Positions 33,755 to 43,151 of a stretch of DNA of 54,813 nt are shown in pieces. Within the stretch, counting starts at the first letter, position 1. Each line of letters opens with the position of its first letter. The notes beneath the pieces are model-generated. The model searched no databases. It was given only the letters and a program-made list of their open reading frames with translations, and was not told the origin of the DNA. The translations under genes and the position numbers were made by a program. The DNA lies in IMG/VR virus record IMGVR_UViG_3300002057_000001, positions 1 through 54,813 of that record, one strand, 5' to 3'. This DNA is from a virus.

Positions 33755-34282
33755 TTATCCGCTGACGCGAAGAATCTGGTTCAGATCAGAGTTCTGATCA
33801 ACCCCGTCAATGCGGAAAGAGTTGGTGTAGAAATCCCAATAGAATTTCTCGACGCCATCGAAAAAGAGTTCATAGTGCATGATGCCCATGATCCCATAAT
33901 CAAAACCCTGAAATTCACCGCGCTGAAACGCATCAGAGGACGCCTTGCCCAAGCGGCCCTCCATGAAGGATTTCGTTTCGACACTGCGCCCCGTGCGCTT
34001 GTCAATCAGCGCACCATAGGCGGTGTACTGATGCGTCACCTTGCTGCCGAGGCCGAACAGGGACATGACTTGCGGGTCCCAACCTTTCAGCTTGAAAGGT
34101 GCTTCCAGCTTTGCAAAGCCGACCGGAACGTCAATAGCGACACGGGCACCACCGGCCTTGTGTTCGGCATATTCTTCCTCAAGGTCCGGCAGCTTGAGTT
34201 CATCAATCGCAAGGTGTTTTCCGTCATCCGGGCTGTCACCACAGAACAGGTTGACACCTTCCATCACATAGAGCGTTGCCAT
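33755..34282 (-). CDS. contractile tail tube protein (P2 FII-like)
   Basis: 175 aa. VNLFCGD...LKLP...GG......G......F.LKG is the FII pattern. Confidence 0.8.
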   Translation of the reverse strand: MATLYVMEGVNLFCGDSPDDGKHLAIDELKLPDLEEEYAEHKAGGARVAIDVPVGFAKLEAPFKLKGWDPQVMSLFGLGSKVTHQYTAYGALIDKRTGRSVETKSFMEGRLGKASSDAFQRGEFQGFDYGIMGIMHYELFFDGVEKFYWDFYTNSFRIDGVDQNSDLNQILRVSG

Positions 34283-34369
34283 GATTTGGCTTCCTTTCGT
34301 TTCGTGATCAGGGACGGCCCTGAGGGCCGCCCCGGCATAGATTGAAGTGATGAGGATCAGCGGACTGTG

Positions 34370-35590
34370 TTAGCCCGTCGCGGATGCAAGCAGATCATCA
34401 AGCAGGTCATCAAGAGCCGGTGCATAGGTATAGGACTCGATGTCCAGCCGACGCAGAACAGGCGGTTCCTCAGCTTTGAAATACAGCTTGAACCGGCCAA
34501 GGCGCAGGTTTGCAACGCTGTTCTTGTCACGCTCGAAACCGACGCGGAAACCGAGGATGTCACCATCCGATTCCAGATCACGCAGGGAAAGCGTCATCGT
34601 GTTCAGGATGCTTTCAACCGTCTGAGCGCGAAGATTGAAGCGGCCCAGGAAAAACCGCAAGGTGCGAAGGAACATCAGGTGGATGTAATCACGCATCCGG
34701 GTTTTGTTGTAGAACATCCACAGCGAATCCTCAGACGCCGTATCCGTACCGACATAGACAAAACCGCCATCACCAAGGGCCGTTTCAGAACCGGCCTGCC
34801 CGCCGACAATGATGCCGCCGTTCAGAGCAAGAATCTGCTGCCCCTCAGTGTTGCCGTCAGTGAGGCTGAAAGGAATGGACCGATTCGGCCCCACGATGCC
34901 CTGCATTGCCCGGTTCGCCGCGCTCTTGCTGGGCACACCGCCGTTGTCATTGTCACGGGCAATAATCATGCCGATGACACCGGCAACGCTGTCCATTTCA
35001 ACAGCCGGGAAACCGACTTTCACCCAGGTTTCCTGAGGGATGAGGCGCTTGCCGGAAATCGTCTCACGCCAATCAGTGTAGCCCTGCAAGGTGTTGTGAG
35101 GGCCGCTAACAACCGCGTGAGCGGTCAACCGCTCAAGGGTGACGCTGAGGGCTGCAACAACCGGGTTCGCCGTTGCAGAGGTTTCCTGCTGATGCGTGTA
35201 GCCGGGAACCGCGACGAGGCGCGGGGCAACGCCGAGGATCGCGCCGGATTCCTCAAGGTGCCCAAGCCCGTCAATCAGGTTCACCATCGTTGCCGCATCA
35301 TCAGCGCCCTCATCGACACGGACGATGACAACGCTTGCTGATGCCGAGAAACCGGAAAGCTGAGCGTTGAGCAGATCAAGCTGCCCGACGATAGAGCCGG
35401 TTGTACCGAGCAGGGCGGCGGTATCATCATCAGCCGAGTTCATCAGAACAGGGGTGTTCAGAGGAAAGGCCGTAGCATCAGCGCCGGGGGCCGTAACAAC
35501 GAAACCAGCAACGGACAGATCAGACGTGATTGCGGGGCGGGGTTCGTTGTTCTGTTCCTGAATAGTGAGGCCGAAAGTAGGGTCTGCCAT
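34370..35590 (-). CDS. contractile tail sheath protein (P2 FI-like)
   Basis: 406 aa, directly upstream of the tube gene, with matching size and sequence character. Confidence 0.8.
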   Translation of the reverse strand: MADPTFGLTIQEQNNEPRPAITSDLSVAGFVVTAPGADATAFPLNTPVLMNSADDDTAALLGTTGSIVGQLDLLNAQLSGFSASASVVIVRVDEGADDAATMVNLIDGLGHLEESGAILGVAPRLVAVPGYTHQQETSATANPVVAALSVTLERLTAHAVVSGPHNTLQGYTDWRETISGKRLIPQETWVKVGFPAVEMDSVAGVIGMIIARDNDNGGVPSKSAANRAMQGIVGPNRSIPFSLTDGNTEGQQILALNGGIIVGGQAGSETALGDGGFVYVGTDTASEDSLWMFYNKTRMRDYIHLMFLRTLRFFLGRFNLRAQTVESILNTMTLSLRDLESDGDILGFRVGFERDKNSVANLRLGRFKLYFKAEEPPVLRRLDIESYTYAPALDDLLDDLLASATG

Positions 35591-35652
35591 TGCAGTATCT
35601 CCGATTTCATTTGATGCCCTTTTGAGGGCCGTTGCAGTGATGAGGCGGGCCG

Positions 35653-36111
35653 CTATGCGGCGGCCCGTCCTTTCTCGAAAATCTTGCTTCGCTCAACAAT
35701 CTGACGGTGCAGATCACCCGGCGAATACGTGTGAGGTGCGCCCATGCCGAGCGCAGCAGCACAGATTTCAGAGCAGAACCACCGTTCCGGTGACTGCCGC
35801 CTGAGGTTGAAGATTTGAGAACCGATCAGCCCCGCGAAGTCATAAGGCTTCCCGACATGCTGAGCGAAGAATTCAGGCACCGTCTCAGGTGCCCAAGGAA
35901 CGCTGAGGATCAGCCAGCGCTCAGGGCGAAAATCAATCTGTTTCCACCTGACGCCGCCATCACGGCTTGAGGCGGATACCGCCTGAGCAACCCGCGCGCA
36001 AACGGGCCACTCAGGCAGGAATTCAACATGACTGATTTCAGAGCGCGTCACCGTCTGAATGATCCGGTCAGCCACCGTTCGCCCGCCTCTGTAAAAGGCG
36101 AGGTAAGGCAT
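35653..36111 (-). CDS. permuted papain-fold (YiiX / NlpC-P60-like) putative hydrolase
   Basis: His comes before Cys: ISHVEF ... WFCSEICAAAL. Confidence 0.4.
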   Translation of the reverse strand: MPYLAFYRGGRTVADRIIQTVTRSEISHVEFLPEWPVCARVAQAVSASSRDGGVRWKQIDFRPERWLILSVPWAPETVPEFFAQHVGKPYDFAGLIGSQIFNLRRQSPERWFCSEICAAALGMGAPHTYSPGDLHRQIVERSKIFEKGRAAA

Positions 36112-36119
36112 GATTGATG

Positions 36120-36653
36120 CTACCCCGCTGAGACAGTAGCCTCGGCCTCTGCAAAGGCAGCATCAGCCTGAACCTTTGCAACGGCAAGGTATTCATCACC
36201 GCCACCGGCCAACATCTGTTCATCGGTCACAGCGGACAACCCGGCCTCAGCCTCAGCCTCCATCGCCTCGATCAAGAGGCCCAGCCCCTCGAAGATGTCG
36301 GCTTTTGCGATAACGCGCTGCATCTGCCCAAGCAACGAGCGGCCACGGGCCGTTGCCTCGCGCTCGAAATGCACCTTAAACGCTGCCGGGGTAGCGTCAG
36401 GATCGTCAACGTTTTCACGAGCGATCCGCGCTTTCGCAGCCCAGATACCGATACGCTCAGGGCTGGGGGCTGAAACACCGGCCTCAACCCCGGAAAGGCG
36501 CTGGCGGTATACTTCGATTGCAGAAAGCATCATGGCTGATGTAGCAGCCCGCATCGCATCACTGATTGCAGCATCAGGATAGCCAAGTTCACGGGCTTGA
36601 TCCACATCAACCGACAGAGTTTTTCTGCCGTCATATTCAATGTTGAATTGCAT
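36120..36653 (-). CDS. hypothetical protein (tail fibre region; possible fibre assembly factor)
   Basis: 177-aa ORF immediately downstream of the fibre genes. Confidence 0.5.
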   Translation of the reverse strand: MQFNIEYDGRKTLSVDVDQARELGYPDAAISDAMRAATSAMMLSAIEVYRQRLSGVEAGVSAPSPERIGIWAAKARIARENVDDPDATPAAFKVHFEREATARGRSLLGQMQRVIAKADIFEGLGLLIEAMEAEAEAGLSAVTDEQMLAGGGDEYLAVAKVQADAAFAEAEATVSAG

Positions 36654-36664
36654 TTTTTCGCCTT

Positions 36665-37489
36665 TTACGTGGTGAGCAGGTTTGTTCCAACGGTATAGAG
36701 TGAGGAATAAAGTGAAGCCCCGTTCAAGAGCGTAGCAGAGGATACACCAACTATCGCTGATCCAAGGTTTGCAGAGTGTTTGCCGATAACGTCAAACGGA
36801 CCGTCAAACGCGCAGACATAACCGGAAAACCTCACTGATCCTCCATTAATAGGCATCATCAAGGAAAAGCCTGAAGGCGCTGTTACGTTGCAGCTTTGGA
36901 TTTGCAGACTTGCAAAAGCAGAAGTGCTTATTGCTGCGTTTCCTCCTATAACTGTGCCCAAAGAAGGATCATCAGGAGTGTCAATCTCTAAATCAACACC
37001 AAATATAGAGGTCAATGAATTGACGCCGAAAGGCAGAGGATAGCATCGGTTGAAACCAGATGCGGAAATCTCATAAGTTTTAAGCAGGATTTTGCCTTTT
37101 TCTGTGCCTGATCCAGATTCGCTAAAGCGAATGTTTCTGCCTCCCAATCCAAAAGAGTTGTTAGAGTTTATTTCAAGAGTGCGGCTTTCCAAGCCAACAA
37201 TGATATTACAGAAATTGGGCGTTGATGAAATAAATGAAACAAGCTCTGCATAATCTCTGAAATGCCCACCATCTACCAGATTTGCCGCCGCTTCATCAGG
37301 CTTGAAAAAAATCGACTGATACATAACATCAGATACAACTCCTTTCAGGTTCGCGCCAAGCGCATCATAGGCCGCCTGAGACCCCGCAACAGTTGCGTTG
37401 ATCCCCGCAATTTGACTGTGATAGGCGGCAGCCGCCGCGTCAAGGCTATCTGCCGCGCTAGTAAGCCGGGTTTCAATATCAGTAGTCAT
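36665..37489 (-). CDS. distal tail fibre / receptor-binding protein candidate (lower-GC cassette)
   Basis: 274 aa, rich in Ser, Gly and Asn. It follows the tail-collar fibre gene. The nucleotide composition drops in GC. Confidence 0.45.
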   Translation of the reverse strand: MTTDIETRLTSAADSLDAAAAAYHSQIAGINATVAGSQAAYDALGANLKGVVSDVMYQSIFFKPDEAAANLVDGGHFRDYAELVSFISSTPNFCNIIVGLESRTLEINSNNSFGLGGRNIRFSESGSGTEKGKILLKTYEISASGFNRCYPLPFGVNSLTSIFGVDLEIDTPDDPSLGTVIGGNAAISTSAFASLQIQSCNVTAPSGFSLMMPINGGSVRFSGYVCAFDGPFDVIGKHSANLGSAIVGVSSATLLNGASLYSSLYTVGTNLLTT

Positions 37490-37533
37490 TTTTCGTTTCT
37501 CCGATCACAAGATTTTAGAGGTGCAGCCTCAGG

Positions 37534-38046
37534 CTAGATTGAGCCGTGATGACGAATAATCGCCTCACTTTGCCGGAATTGCTCAAGCCGGATATTCGCG
37601 AGGGATGCCAGAACACCGGCCTGAAACTCGACAAGATAATCATCGGGGGCCGATACCGTCACCAAGCCGTCTTTCACCCGGCTAAAGTTCAAGACGTGGC
37701 GCACGAGGTATTCGATCACGCCAGTCTGACGGGGGACAACATCGGCTCCGGCCCAGATCGCGATTAGGTCGCCTTCGCTGTCAAAAAAACCCATTTCACG
37801 AACGCCGAAAGAAACGGTGTCAGTATCGAAAGCCGTCTTGACGATCCAAGTCTGCCCGCCCGTAAAAATCCGGCTTTCAATCGCCTGCCTGACACGCTCA
37901 TTTTTCAGCGCCGTCTGTGCAAACCCTGGCTCATAGTTCGCGTTATTCGCATCGCCAAGGGCGATATGCGAGATCGAAACCTGAGTGCCGCTACCAGCGG
38001 CGACAGCAAGTTTCTGTTCACCAACATCGGTGATGATGTCCGTCAT
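37534..38046 (-). CDS. tail-collar fibre protein (P2 gpH N-terminal-like)
   Basis: MTDIITDVGEQKLAVAAGSGTQVSISHIALGD...GFFD..G.LIA is the tail-collar fibre signature. Confidence 0.7.
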   Translation of the reverse strand: MTDIITDVGEQKLAVAAGSGTQVSISHIALGDANNANYEPGFAQTALKNERVRQAIESRIFTGGQTWIVKTAFDTDTVSFGVREMGFFDSEGDLIAIWAGADVVPRQTGVIEYLVRHVLNFSRVKDGLVTVSAPDDYLVEFQAGVLASLANIRLEQFRQSEAIIRHHGSI

Positions 38047-38789
38047 GCTTCCGGCCTTCCTTCAAAAACGTGTGTCTGTTTGCTCACGATCCGCGATCCG
38101 GCCAGCGTCCGGGTGTAGCCAGCGGCGGCGGCCTCTATGGGCCGCCCGTCCGGGTCATGCTCTTGGCGCGATGTCCGGGCTTGCTCGATGCCTGAGCGCC
38201 CGTAGTGGCTCGCCTCAGCCTCAGCAGGCCGCCCTTCCGGTTCGGCCTCGCGCCTGTCAATCAGCCGATCTGCAACGCCGCTGCGCCCGTGCATGTCTTG
38301 CGTGAACGTCTCACCAATTCTGAGGTGAAAGTGAGCGCGAACCGGCTTGACGTGCCCGATGATCCGGGTGAGGCGGGCAAGCAGGGCAGCATCAATGTTG
38401 TAGCCCGCTGAAAAGACATCATCAGCATAGGCGTCAATGCGAAAGGTGTAGGGCTGCCCGGTTCCGCCTGCCTCAAACCATTCAACGATGTCCGTATCAA
38501 ACCCCATAGCGCCGAGGGCGCGGCGAACCGCCCCCCGCGTTCCCTTGAGCCGGTGAATGACGTGACTTTCAAGAATGACCTTACGCTTGATTTCAACAGG
38601 CCAGTTTGAATCCCAATAATCAACGGATACCGACCACGCCAGCCACGGCAGGAACCGCTCAGGGGCCGTCTCAGCGTTCCAGATGTCCACAACCTCACTG
38701 TTGCGAATCACCCAAAGTGACGCCTGCTCAAGCGCCCGCTCAAGATCAGTAGAGTGAGGGGGCAACACCGTTGCAACGTCATCAAACAT
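38043..38789 (-). CDS. P2 gpI-like baseplate/tail protein
   Basis: Start refined to MFDDVATVLPPHSTDLERALEQ. The motif FLPWLAWSVSVDYWDSNWP is present. Confidence 0.7.
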   Translation of the reverse strand: MFDDVATVLPPHSTDLERALEQASLWVIRNSEVVDIWNAETAPERFLPWLAWSVSVDYWDSNWPVEIKRKVILESHVIHRLKGTRGAVRRALGAMGFDTDIVEWFEAGGTGQPYTFRIDAYADDVFSAGYNIDAALLARLTRIIGHVKPVRAHFHLRIGETFTQDMHGRSGVADRLIDRREAEPEGRPAEAEASHYGRSGIEQARTSRQEHDPDGRPIEAAAAGYTRTLAGSRIVSKQTHVFEGRPEA

Positions 38790-39717
38790 CAATACCCCCA
38801 AAGCTGATGTTGATTGCAGAGCAGTTTCCGGCCTGCGTGTCTCCCATGACAATATCAGCAGCCGGGGAAGTCAGAACCACGTTCTGAACACCCGGCTGAT
38901 GCAACGCCCGGAACAACCCTGAGCGGGTCACGTCAAAGCCGAGGCGCTTGACCGCATCAACATAGGTTTCAACAGCGGCCTGAGCCGCTGCTGTGACAAC
39001 GCCATCATCATTCCCACCGTACAGGTAAAGAACAGCAGTGACGGTGTAGTCAGTGACGGTGCCAGCCTGCACCGTCACCTGATCTGTCAGAGGCCGGATG
39101 TCCTCATCATTCAGAACCGCTGCAACAGCGGTCAGCACCTCTGCTGAGGGCACCCCGTCAGAGGCGTAGCCCAAGACGGTGACAAGCACTTCACCCGGAT
39201 TAGGGCTGTCAACTGAGACATCTTTGACACCCTGAACCGTAGTTGCCCAATACTTGTAGGCACCAACCGGCCCCGCCGTTGAAAACCCGTCAACTGCCGG
39301 GATGATTCTGATGCGGAAATCCTCATCATCCTCATAGGCGGCCTCAACAGGCGGCACCGCTGTAAGATCAGCAGGAACAGTGATGTTCCGCTGAACGCCA
39401 TAGAACGCCGCGAGGTTGTCAAGATCAGTGCCGGTTGCCTCAGTCAGCATCGTTGCCTTCGCGGCATCATTGACGCGCTGACGAAGCTGCAAGGCGTGAT
39501 AGGCATAAGCCTCAAGGGCTTTCAGGATCAGGTTGCCCTCAAGCGTGAGGGTGAGCGTGATTTCAGTCTGCGTAGGAACGCCACGGCTTGCCGCAATAAC
39601 GGCATCAGTCGGGAACCGGGCAATGAATTCAGCTTTTACCTCAGCAAGAATTTCCTCATAGCTGATGTCCTCAAGCACTGCCGGTGACGGATACTGTGAA
39701 AGATCAATCTGCGTCAT
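38782..39717 (-). CDS. baseplate J-like protein
   Basis: 311 aa, syntenic between gpW and gpI, with a Baseplate_J-like N-terminus. Confidence 0.8.
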   Translation of the reverse strand: MTQIDLSQYPSPAVLEDISYEEILAEVKAEFIARFPTDAVIAASRGVPTQTEITLTLTLEGNLILKALEAYAYHALQLRQRVNDAAKATMLTEATGTDLDNLAAFYGVQRNITVPADLTAVPPVEAAYEDDEDFRIRIIPAVDGFSTAGPVGAYKYWATTVQGVKDVSVDSPNPGEVLVTVLGYASDGVPSAEVLTAVAAVLNDEDIRPLTDQVTVQAGTVTDYTVTAVLYLYGGNDDGVVTAAAQAAVETYVDAVKRLGFDVTRSGLFRALHQPGVQNVVLTSPAADIVMGDTQAGNCSAINISFGGIDV

Positions 39718-40124
39718 CCGATTACCTCAGTGAGTTGCCCGCTTTGGGTGGCAACGGTAATTGTCACCTTTTTCAGCCCTGCGCTTGATGTGTCACCAAG
39801 CAGCGCGCGGGGGCGGTATTCCCCCTCAATCTGCAAGGCAAGGTATCCGTTTCGCGTCACATCAGCGGGGATGATGCTTGTGATGTAAAACCGTGGCTCA
39901 AAACGGTCGATAGAGGTTGCAATGCTCGATGTCAGAGCAAGCAGCAGTTCAGGCGTGATGTTGCGGCCCAGCGCGCGGGGCACGAATGAGCCGAACCATT
40001 CCCGCATGATCCGCAACCCATAATCAGTCACGAAGATTTCACGCAGGCTTTGCTGAACAGCGGGCCAGCCGGTCAGGCTGAGGCCGGTCAGCCGGTCAAT
40101 ATCTGTGTTGACGGCCTCTGACAT
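39714..40124 (-). CDS. baseplate wedge protein (GPW/gp25 family)
   Basis: SLREIFVTDYGLRIMREWFGS is the gp25-like signature. Confidence 0.75.
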   Translation of the reverse strand: MSEAVNTDIDRLTGLSLTGWPAVQQSLREIFVTDYGLRIMREWFGSFVPRALGRNITPELLLALTSSIATSIDRFEPRFYITSIIPADVTRNGYLALQIEGEYRPRALLGDTSSAGLKKVTITVATQSGQLTEVIG

Positions 40125-40156
40125 TCCTCAGCCTTTCCGTTCAGGTTGATGCTGGC

Positions 40157-40654
40157 TTACGCCTTCACTGCATCTTTCTTGTCATCCGCAGGGGCGGCCC
40201 CAGCCTTCACTGAGGGCTTTTCAGCCTTTTCAGCAGGGTCAGTGCCCTTTTCTGGCTTGCTGCCCTCAGCGGGCTTTTCAGCGCCGTCCGGCGCATCCTC
40301 AGCCGTCACCTCATCAGCGTCCTCAGCCGTTTTGGGTTCAGTCCCACCAGAAATGCGGGTGTTTCCCGGCTGATCCTTGGGGTCAGGCACGGCCTTTTCA
40401 GCCGGGGCTGCATCAGCAGTATCCGGCTCAGCCTCATCTGCCTCAACGCGAGGATCATCAGCGATGCTGAGGTCATCACCGTCAACCGCGATGGAAAGGC
40501 GGCGGTTCTGACCGACAGCGCCGAACGTCAGCATCAGTTTCCCGCCGTTGAGCGTGATGGTTCCCCGCATCGCGCGGGGGTCAGCCGTTCGCGCCATCAG
40601 CGCTTGCTCAAGCGTGTTCTTGCTCATCATTCCGTTCCTTTTTTGAAAAATCAT
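40157..40654 (-). CDS. hypothetical baseplate-region protein with a low-complexity Ala/Glu/Lys/Pro tail
   Basis: 165 aa, with an ATGA overlap to the PAAR gene stop. Confidence 0.55.
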   Translation of the reverse strand: MIFQKRNGMMSKNTLEQALMARTADPRAMRGTITLNGGKLMLTFGAVGQNRRLSIAVDGDDLSIADDPRVEADEAEPDTADAAPAEKAVPDPKDQPGNTRISGGTEPKTAEDADEVTAEDAPDGAEKPAEGSKPEKGTDPAEKAEKPSVKAGAAPADDKKDAVKA

Positions 40655-40941
40655 CCGCCCGCGTAAACGTCAGGCGATCCTTGTGCGACAGATGATCCGC
40701 ATGAAACCGGATCACCGATCCTGCCCAGCGGCAGGCCGTTGACGAACACCGTTGCACTACCTGCCGCCAGTGATCCGCCGTGAGGGGTGCAATCCCCGCA
40801 CCCGTGAGCGGCCCAGGCATCAGAGACACGATGAGCCGCAATCCCGTTGATGAACACATCAGGGCTGCCCTGTGTGTTCGGACGTGGCGGAAAGCAGCCG
40901 TGCCCTGTGCAGATGTCACCTTTACGCGCTACGGCGGGCAT
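40651..40941 (-). CDS. PAAR-domain spike-tip protein
   Basis: GDICTGHGCFPP...INGIAAHRVSDAW..H.C....H.G.LA.GS.TVFVNG are PAAR-repeat signatures. Confidence 0.75.
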   Translation of the reverse strand: MPAVARKGDICTGHGCFPPRPNTQGSPDVFINGIAAHRVSDAWAAHGCGDCTPHGGSLAAGSATVFVNGLPLGRIGDPVSCGSSVAQGSPDVYAGG

Positions 40942-41428
40942 TGATGGCCTCTCTCAGCAGTTGCTCACCTGCTGTCCAATCTGCATTAACGCGGAATGTC
41001 CACGCTTTGCTGTGACTTGATGAATCGGATAGCTGCACTGTTGCCGTGACCACGTAGTCAATCAGAACAAGCGTGTTTGCATAGAAAGCAAATATGTCAG
41101 GTGACAGCGCCGGGGCAGGCAGTTGCGGCCAATCCGCAATGTCCTGAATGACATAGTTCTGATCACGGTATTTCAGCCCTTGAGGGCTGAAAACCCCGAC
41201 TAGATGAGGGGCAACAACAGAACCGGCCACGGTATCAGGCCCAGAAACGGCAAGGGACGCGCTCAGGGTGCCACTGACCGGCACCGGGGCTATTGATACA
41301 GCAGCAGATGTGACAGTCAGCAGGCCGTTCTGATCATCCGTTACGATGCCGCCTATTGGAAATGATAGGTCAGTATCAATCTCAGAAACGCTGGCAAGCA
41401 GAGCATCAGCCGGGGTCCATGTGATCAC
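40922..41428 (-). CDS. hypothetical baseplate-region protein
   Basis: 168-aa ORF between the gpV-like and PAAR genes. Confidence 0.55.
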   Translation of the reverse strand: MITWTPADALLASVSEIDTDLSFPIGGIVTDDQNGLLTVTSAAVSIAPVPVSGTLSASLAVSGPDTVAGSVVAPHLVGVFSPQGLKYRDQNYVIQDIADWPQLPAPALSPDIFAFYANTLVLIDYVVTATVQLSDSSSHSKAWTFRVNADWTAGEQLLREAINARRSA

Positions 41429-41433
41429 AGTGC

Positions 41434-41892
41434 CTATCCCTTGTTCAGATCAATCCGCCCGCTGTCCATCTTGATGTTTGAAGTATCAAGCCTGATGCTT
41501 GTTCCCCCAAGGGTCAGGTGAACAACATCACCTGTGTTGCTGACACGCAGAGGGCCGAAAGTTAGAACGTGGTCATCAGGCTCAGCGCCCGGTGATGTGT
41601 TCTGATCTGACCACGTATAGGGCAGAGCAACGCCTTGCCGCATATCCCCGCCCGGTGAAACAAGCATCATCTGCTGCCCCACACTAGGCGGGTTGTGATA
41701 CTTCATTGCGCCTGCCGTCTGAGCGTAGGGAACACGCTTGCTGAACACCGGGCCTGCAACACCGCTGCCCAGGTTCAGGCGAACCGTTCCGGCATCAGGC
41801 TGAACGCTGTCAACGGTGCCATAGCGGATTATTCCGGCCACGCGATGCTCAAGGGCCGCTACCCTTGCAGCAAGCTGCTCAAATTCACTCAT
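41434..41892 (-). CDS. baseplate spike/assembly protein V-like
   Basis: Start refined to MSEFEQLAARV, with an ATGAGTGA overlap. IRYGTVDSV...VRL is the OB-fold gpV pattern. Confidence 0.75.
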   Translation of the reverse strand: MSEFEQLAARVAALEHRVAGIIRYGTVDSVQPDAGTVRLNLGSGVAGPVFSKRVPYAQTAGAMKYHNPPSVGQQMMLVSPGGDMRQGVALPYTWSDQNTSPGAEPDDHVLTFGPLRVSNTGDVVHLTLGGTSIRLDTSNIKMDSGRIDLNKG

Positions 41893-42706
41893 CTGACGTT
41901 GCCTCTGCCGGTTCCTCAAACGTAACCACATCAAGCACCGGGGTTGCCTCATCAAGAGGCGCAGCAGGTGCCTCTGAGGCACCCTGCACAGCCGCAAAGC
42001 CCATGTGCCCGGCAGCGGCATCAGAGAGGCCGGTTGCACTGCGCTCACGGTCCCATTCAGCGATGGGCGTTCCTTCAATCGTCGCGCGGATCAGCGGGGC
42101 AAGAGCAGAGAATTCTGAATCAGCTTCAATCAGCGTGATGAAATTTCCCCACGCATCAGGCCGCCCTTTCTGATCAACCCCGAAAGGCGGATCATCCAGC
42201 GTGTCACAGGTCAGGATGATCTGACGGGCAGCGAACCGGGCACCCTCTTTGTTGCCGACACCGCGACGGCTTGTCACCTGCTTGACGTTCGGAATCATCA
42301 CCTTGAAAAACTCACCCCATCCCCCGCGCGTTTCAAACAGGCTGTGCATCATCTGCCGCGCTATCAGCGCGATTGAAATCTCAAGCCCTGCATCAGTTGC
42401 CGGAATGACAATTTCAGGAGCGGCTGCCCCTTCCTCACCCGGCTTTCCAGTTCCCTCAAGGCGGGCAGCAATCGCGATTTCAAAGACAAGATCAATCTGC
42501 CGGGTGCCGGATAGGACATCACGGCCAGTGGTATCAGCAACCTCATCCTCACTTGAAATCACGATGAACGGGGCCGTTTCACCTTCCCCGACCATGTTGT
42601 CAATCGGGGCGATTGCGCTGTCATATATTGCCGTCCCGGCAAGCGTCGTGTTGTCGAGCAACCGGCGCGCGGCCATCCGCAGCGCCATTGATGCAATACT
42701 GCTCAT
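41885..42706 (-). CDS. hypothetical virion protein (head-tail / tail completion region)
   Basis: 273-aa ORF between the head and baseplate modules. Confidence 0.55.
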   Translation of the reverse strand: MSSIASMALRMAARRLLDNTTLAGTAIYDSAIAPIDNMVGEGETAPFIVISSEDEVADTTGRDVLSGTRQIDLVFEIAIAARLEGTGKPGEEGAAAPEIVIPATDAGLEISIALIARQMMHSLFETRGGWGEFFKVMIPNVKQVTSRRGVGNKEGARFAARQIILTCDTLDDPPFGVDQKGRPDAWGNFITLIEADSEFSALAPLIRATIEGTPIAEWDRERSATGLSDAAAGHMGFAAVQGASEAPAAPLDEATPVLDVVTFEEPAEATSDE

Positions 42707-42712
42707 CTAGGT

Positions 42713-43114
42713 TCACCCTCTGCGACTCGCCAACACCTGATAATCACCGTTATCAATCGGATTGACTGCCGAAATTACCAGCCGCTTAGCCTCAGTTTCA
42801 GGGTTGATGACAACCTCATCATTCCGCTGAGGTATCCATGCCATTGCGGCAGCGGTTGCCGCGCTGATCCAGAGTTCATCATTGCTGTGTGAGCGCGTAG
42901 CGGCTGACTGGCTTTTGCCTTTCACGCCCTCACTCACGCGGCCTGCGCCGGGTGAGGCAGAATAGATTGCTTTCACCTCTTGCGGTTCCCGGTCAGGGTC
43001 AGCCGCCTCAGCATAGTCAGAGGATTTCATGCCGTAAAAAATCACGGCCTCACCAAGATGATCATTTATTGCCGCCTGTCCGGCAGCATCAATTTCATCA
43101 AAGATAGAGGCCAT
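42713..43114 (-). CDS. putative head-tail joining protein
   Basis: 133 aa, immediately downstream of the major capsid gene. Confidence 0.4.
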   Translation of the reverse strand: MASIFDEIDAAGQAAINDHLGEAVIFYGMKSSDYAEAADPDREPQEVKAIYSASPGAGRVSEGVKGKSQSAATRSHSNDELWISAATAAAMAWIPQRNDEVVINPETEAKRLVISAVNPIDNGDYQVLASRRG

Positions 43115-43151
43115 GATTTCTCTCTTTCAGTTCAGCAGATCAGGCCGCTGA

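Noticed and set aside
34367-35341. 324-aa plus-strand ORF
   Set aside because: It lies entirely antisense to the tail sheath gene, and its Arg/Ala/Gly-rich composition is typical of spurious antisense frames in GC-rich DNA.
41893-42078. N-terminal extensions of several track ORFs (for example 41434..42078, 44652..46070, 27507..28580, 38043..38852, 2765..3169)
   Set aside because: The extensions overlap the upstream gene and look non-coding. Internal ATGs with an RBS or with ATGA/ATGnnTGA coupling give the expected protein N-termini.
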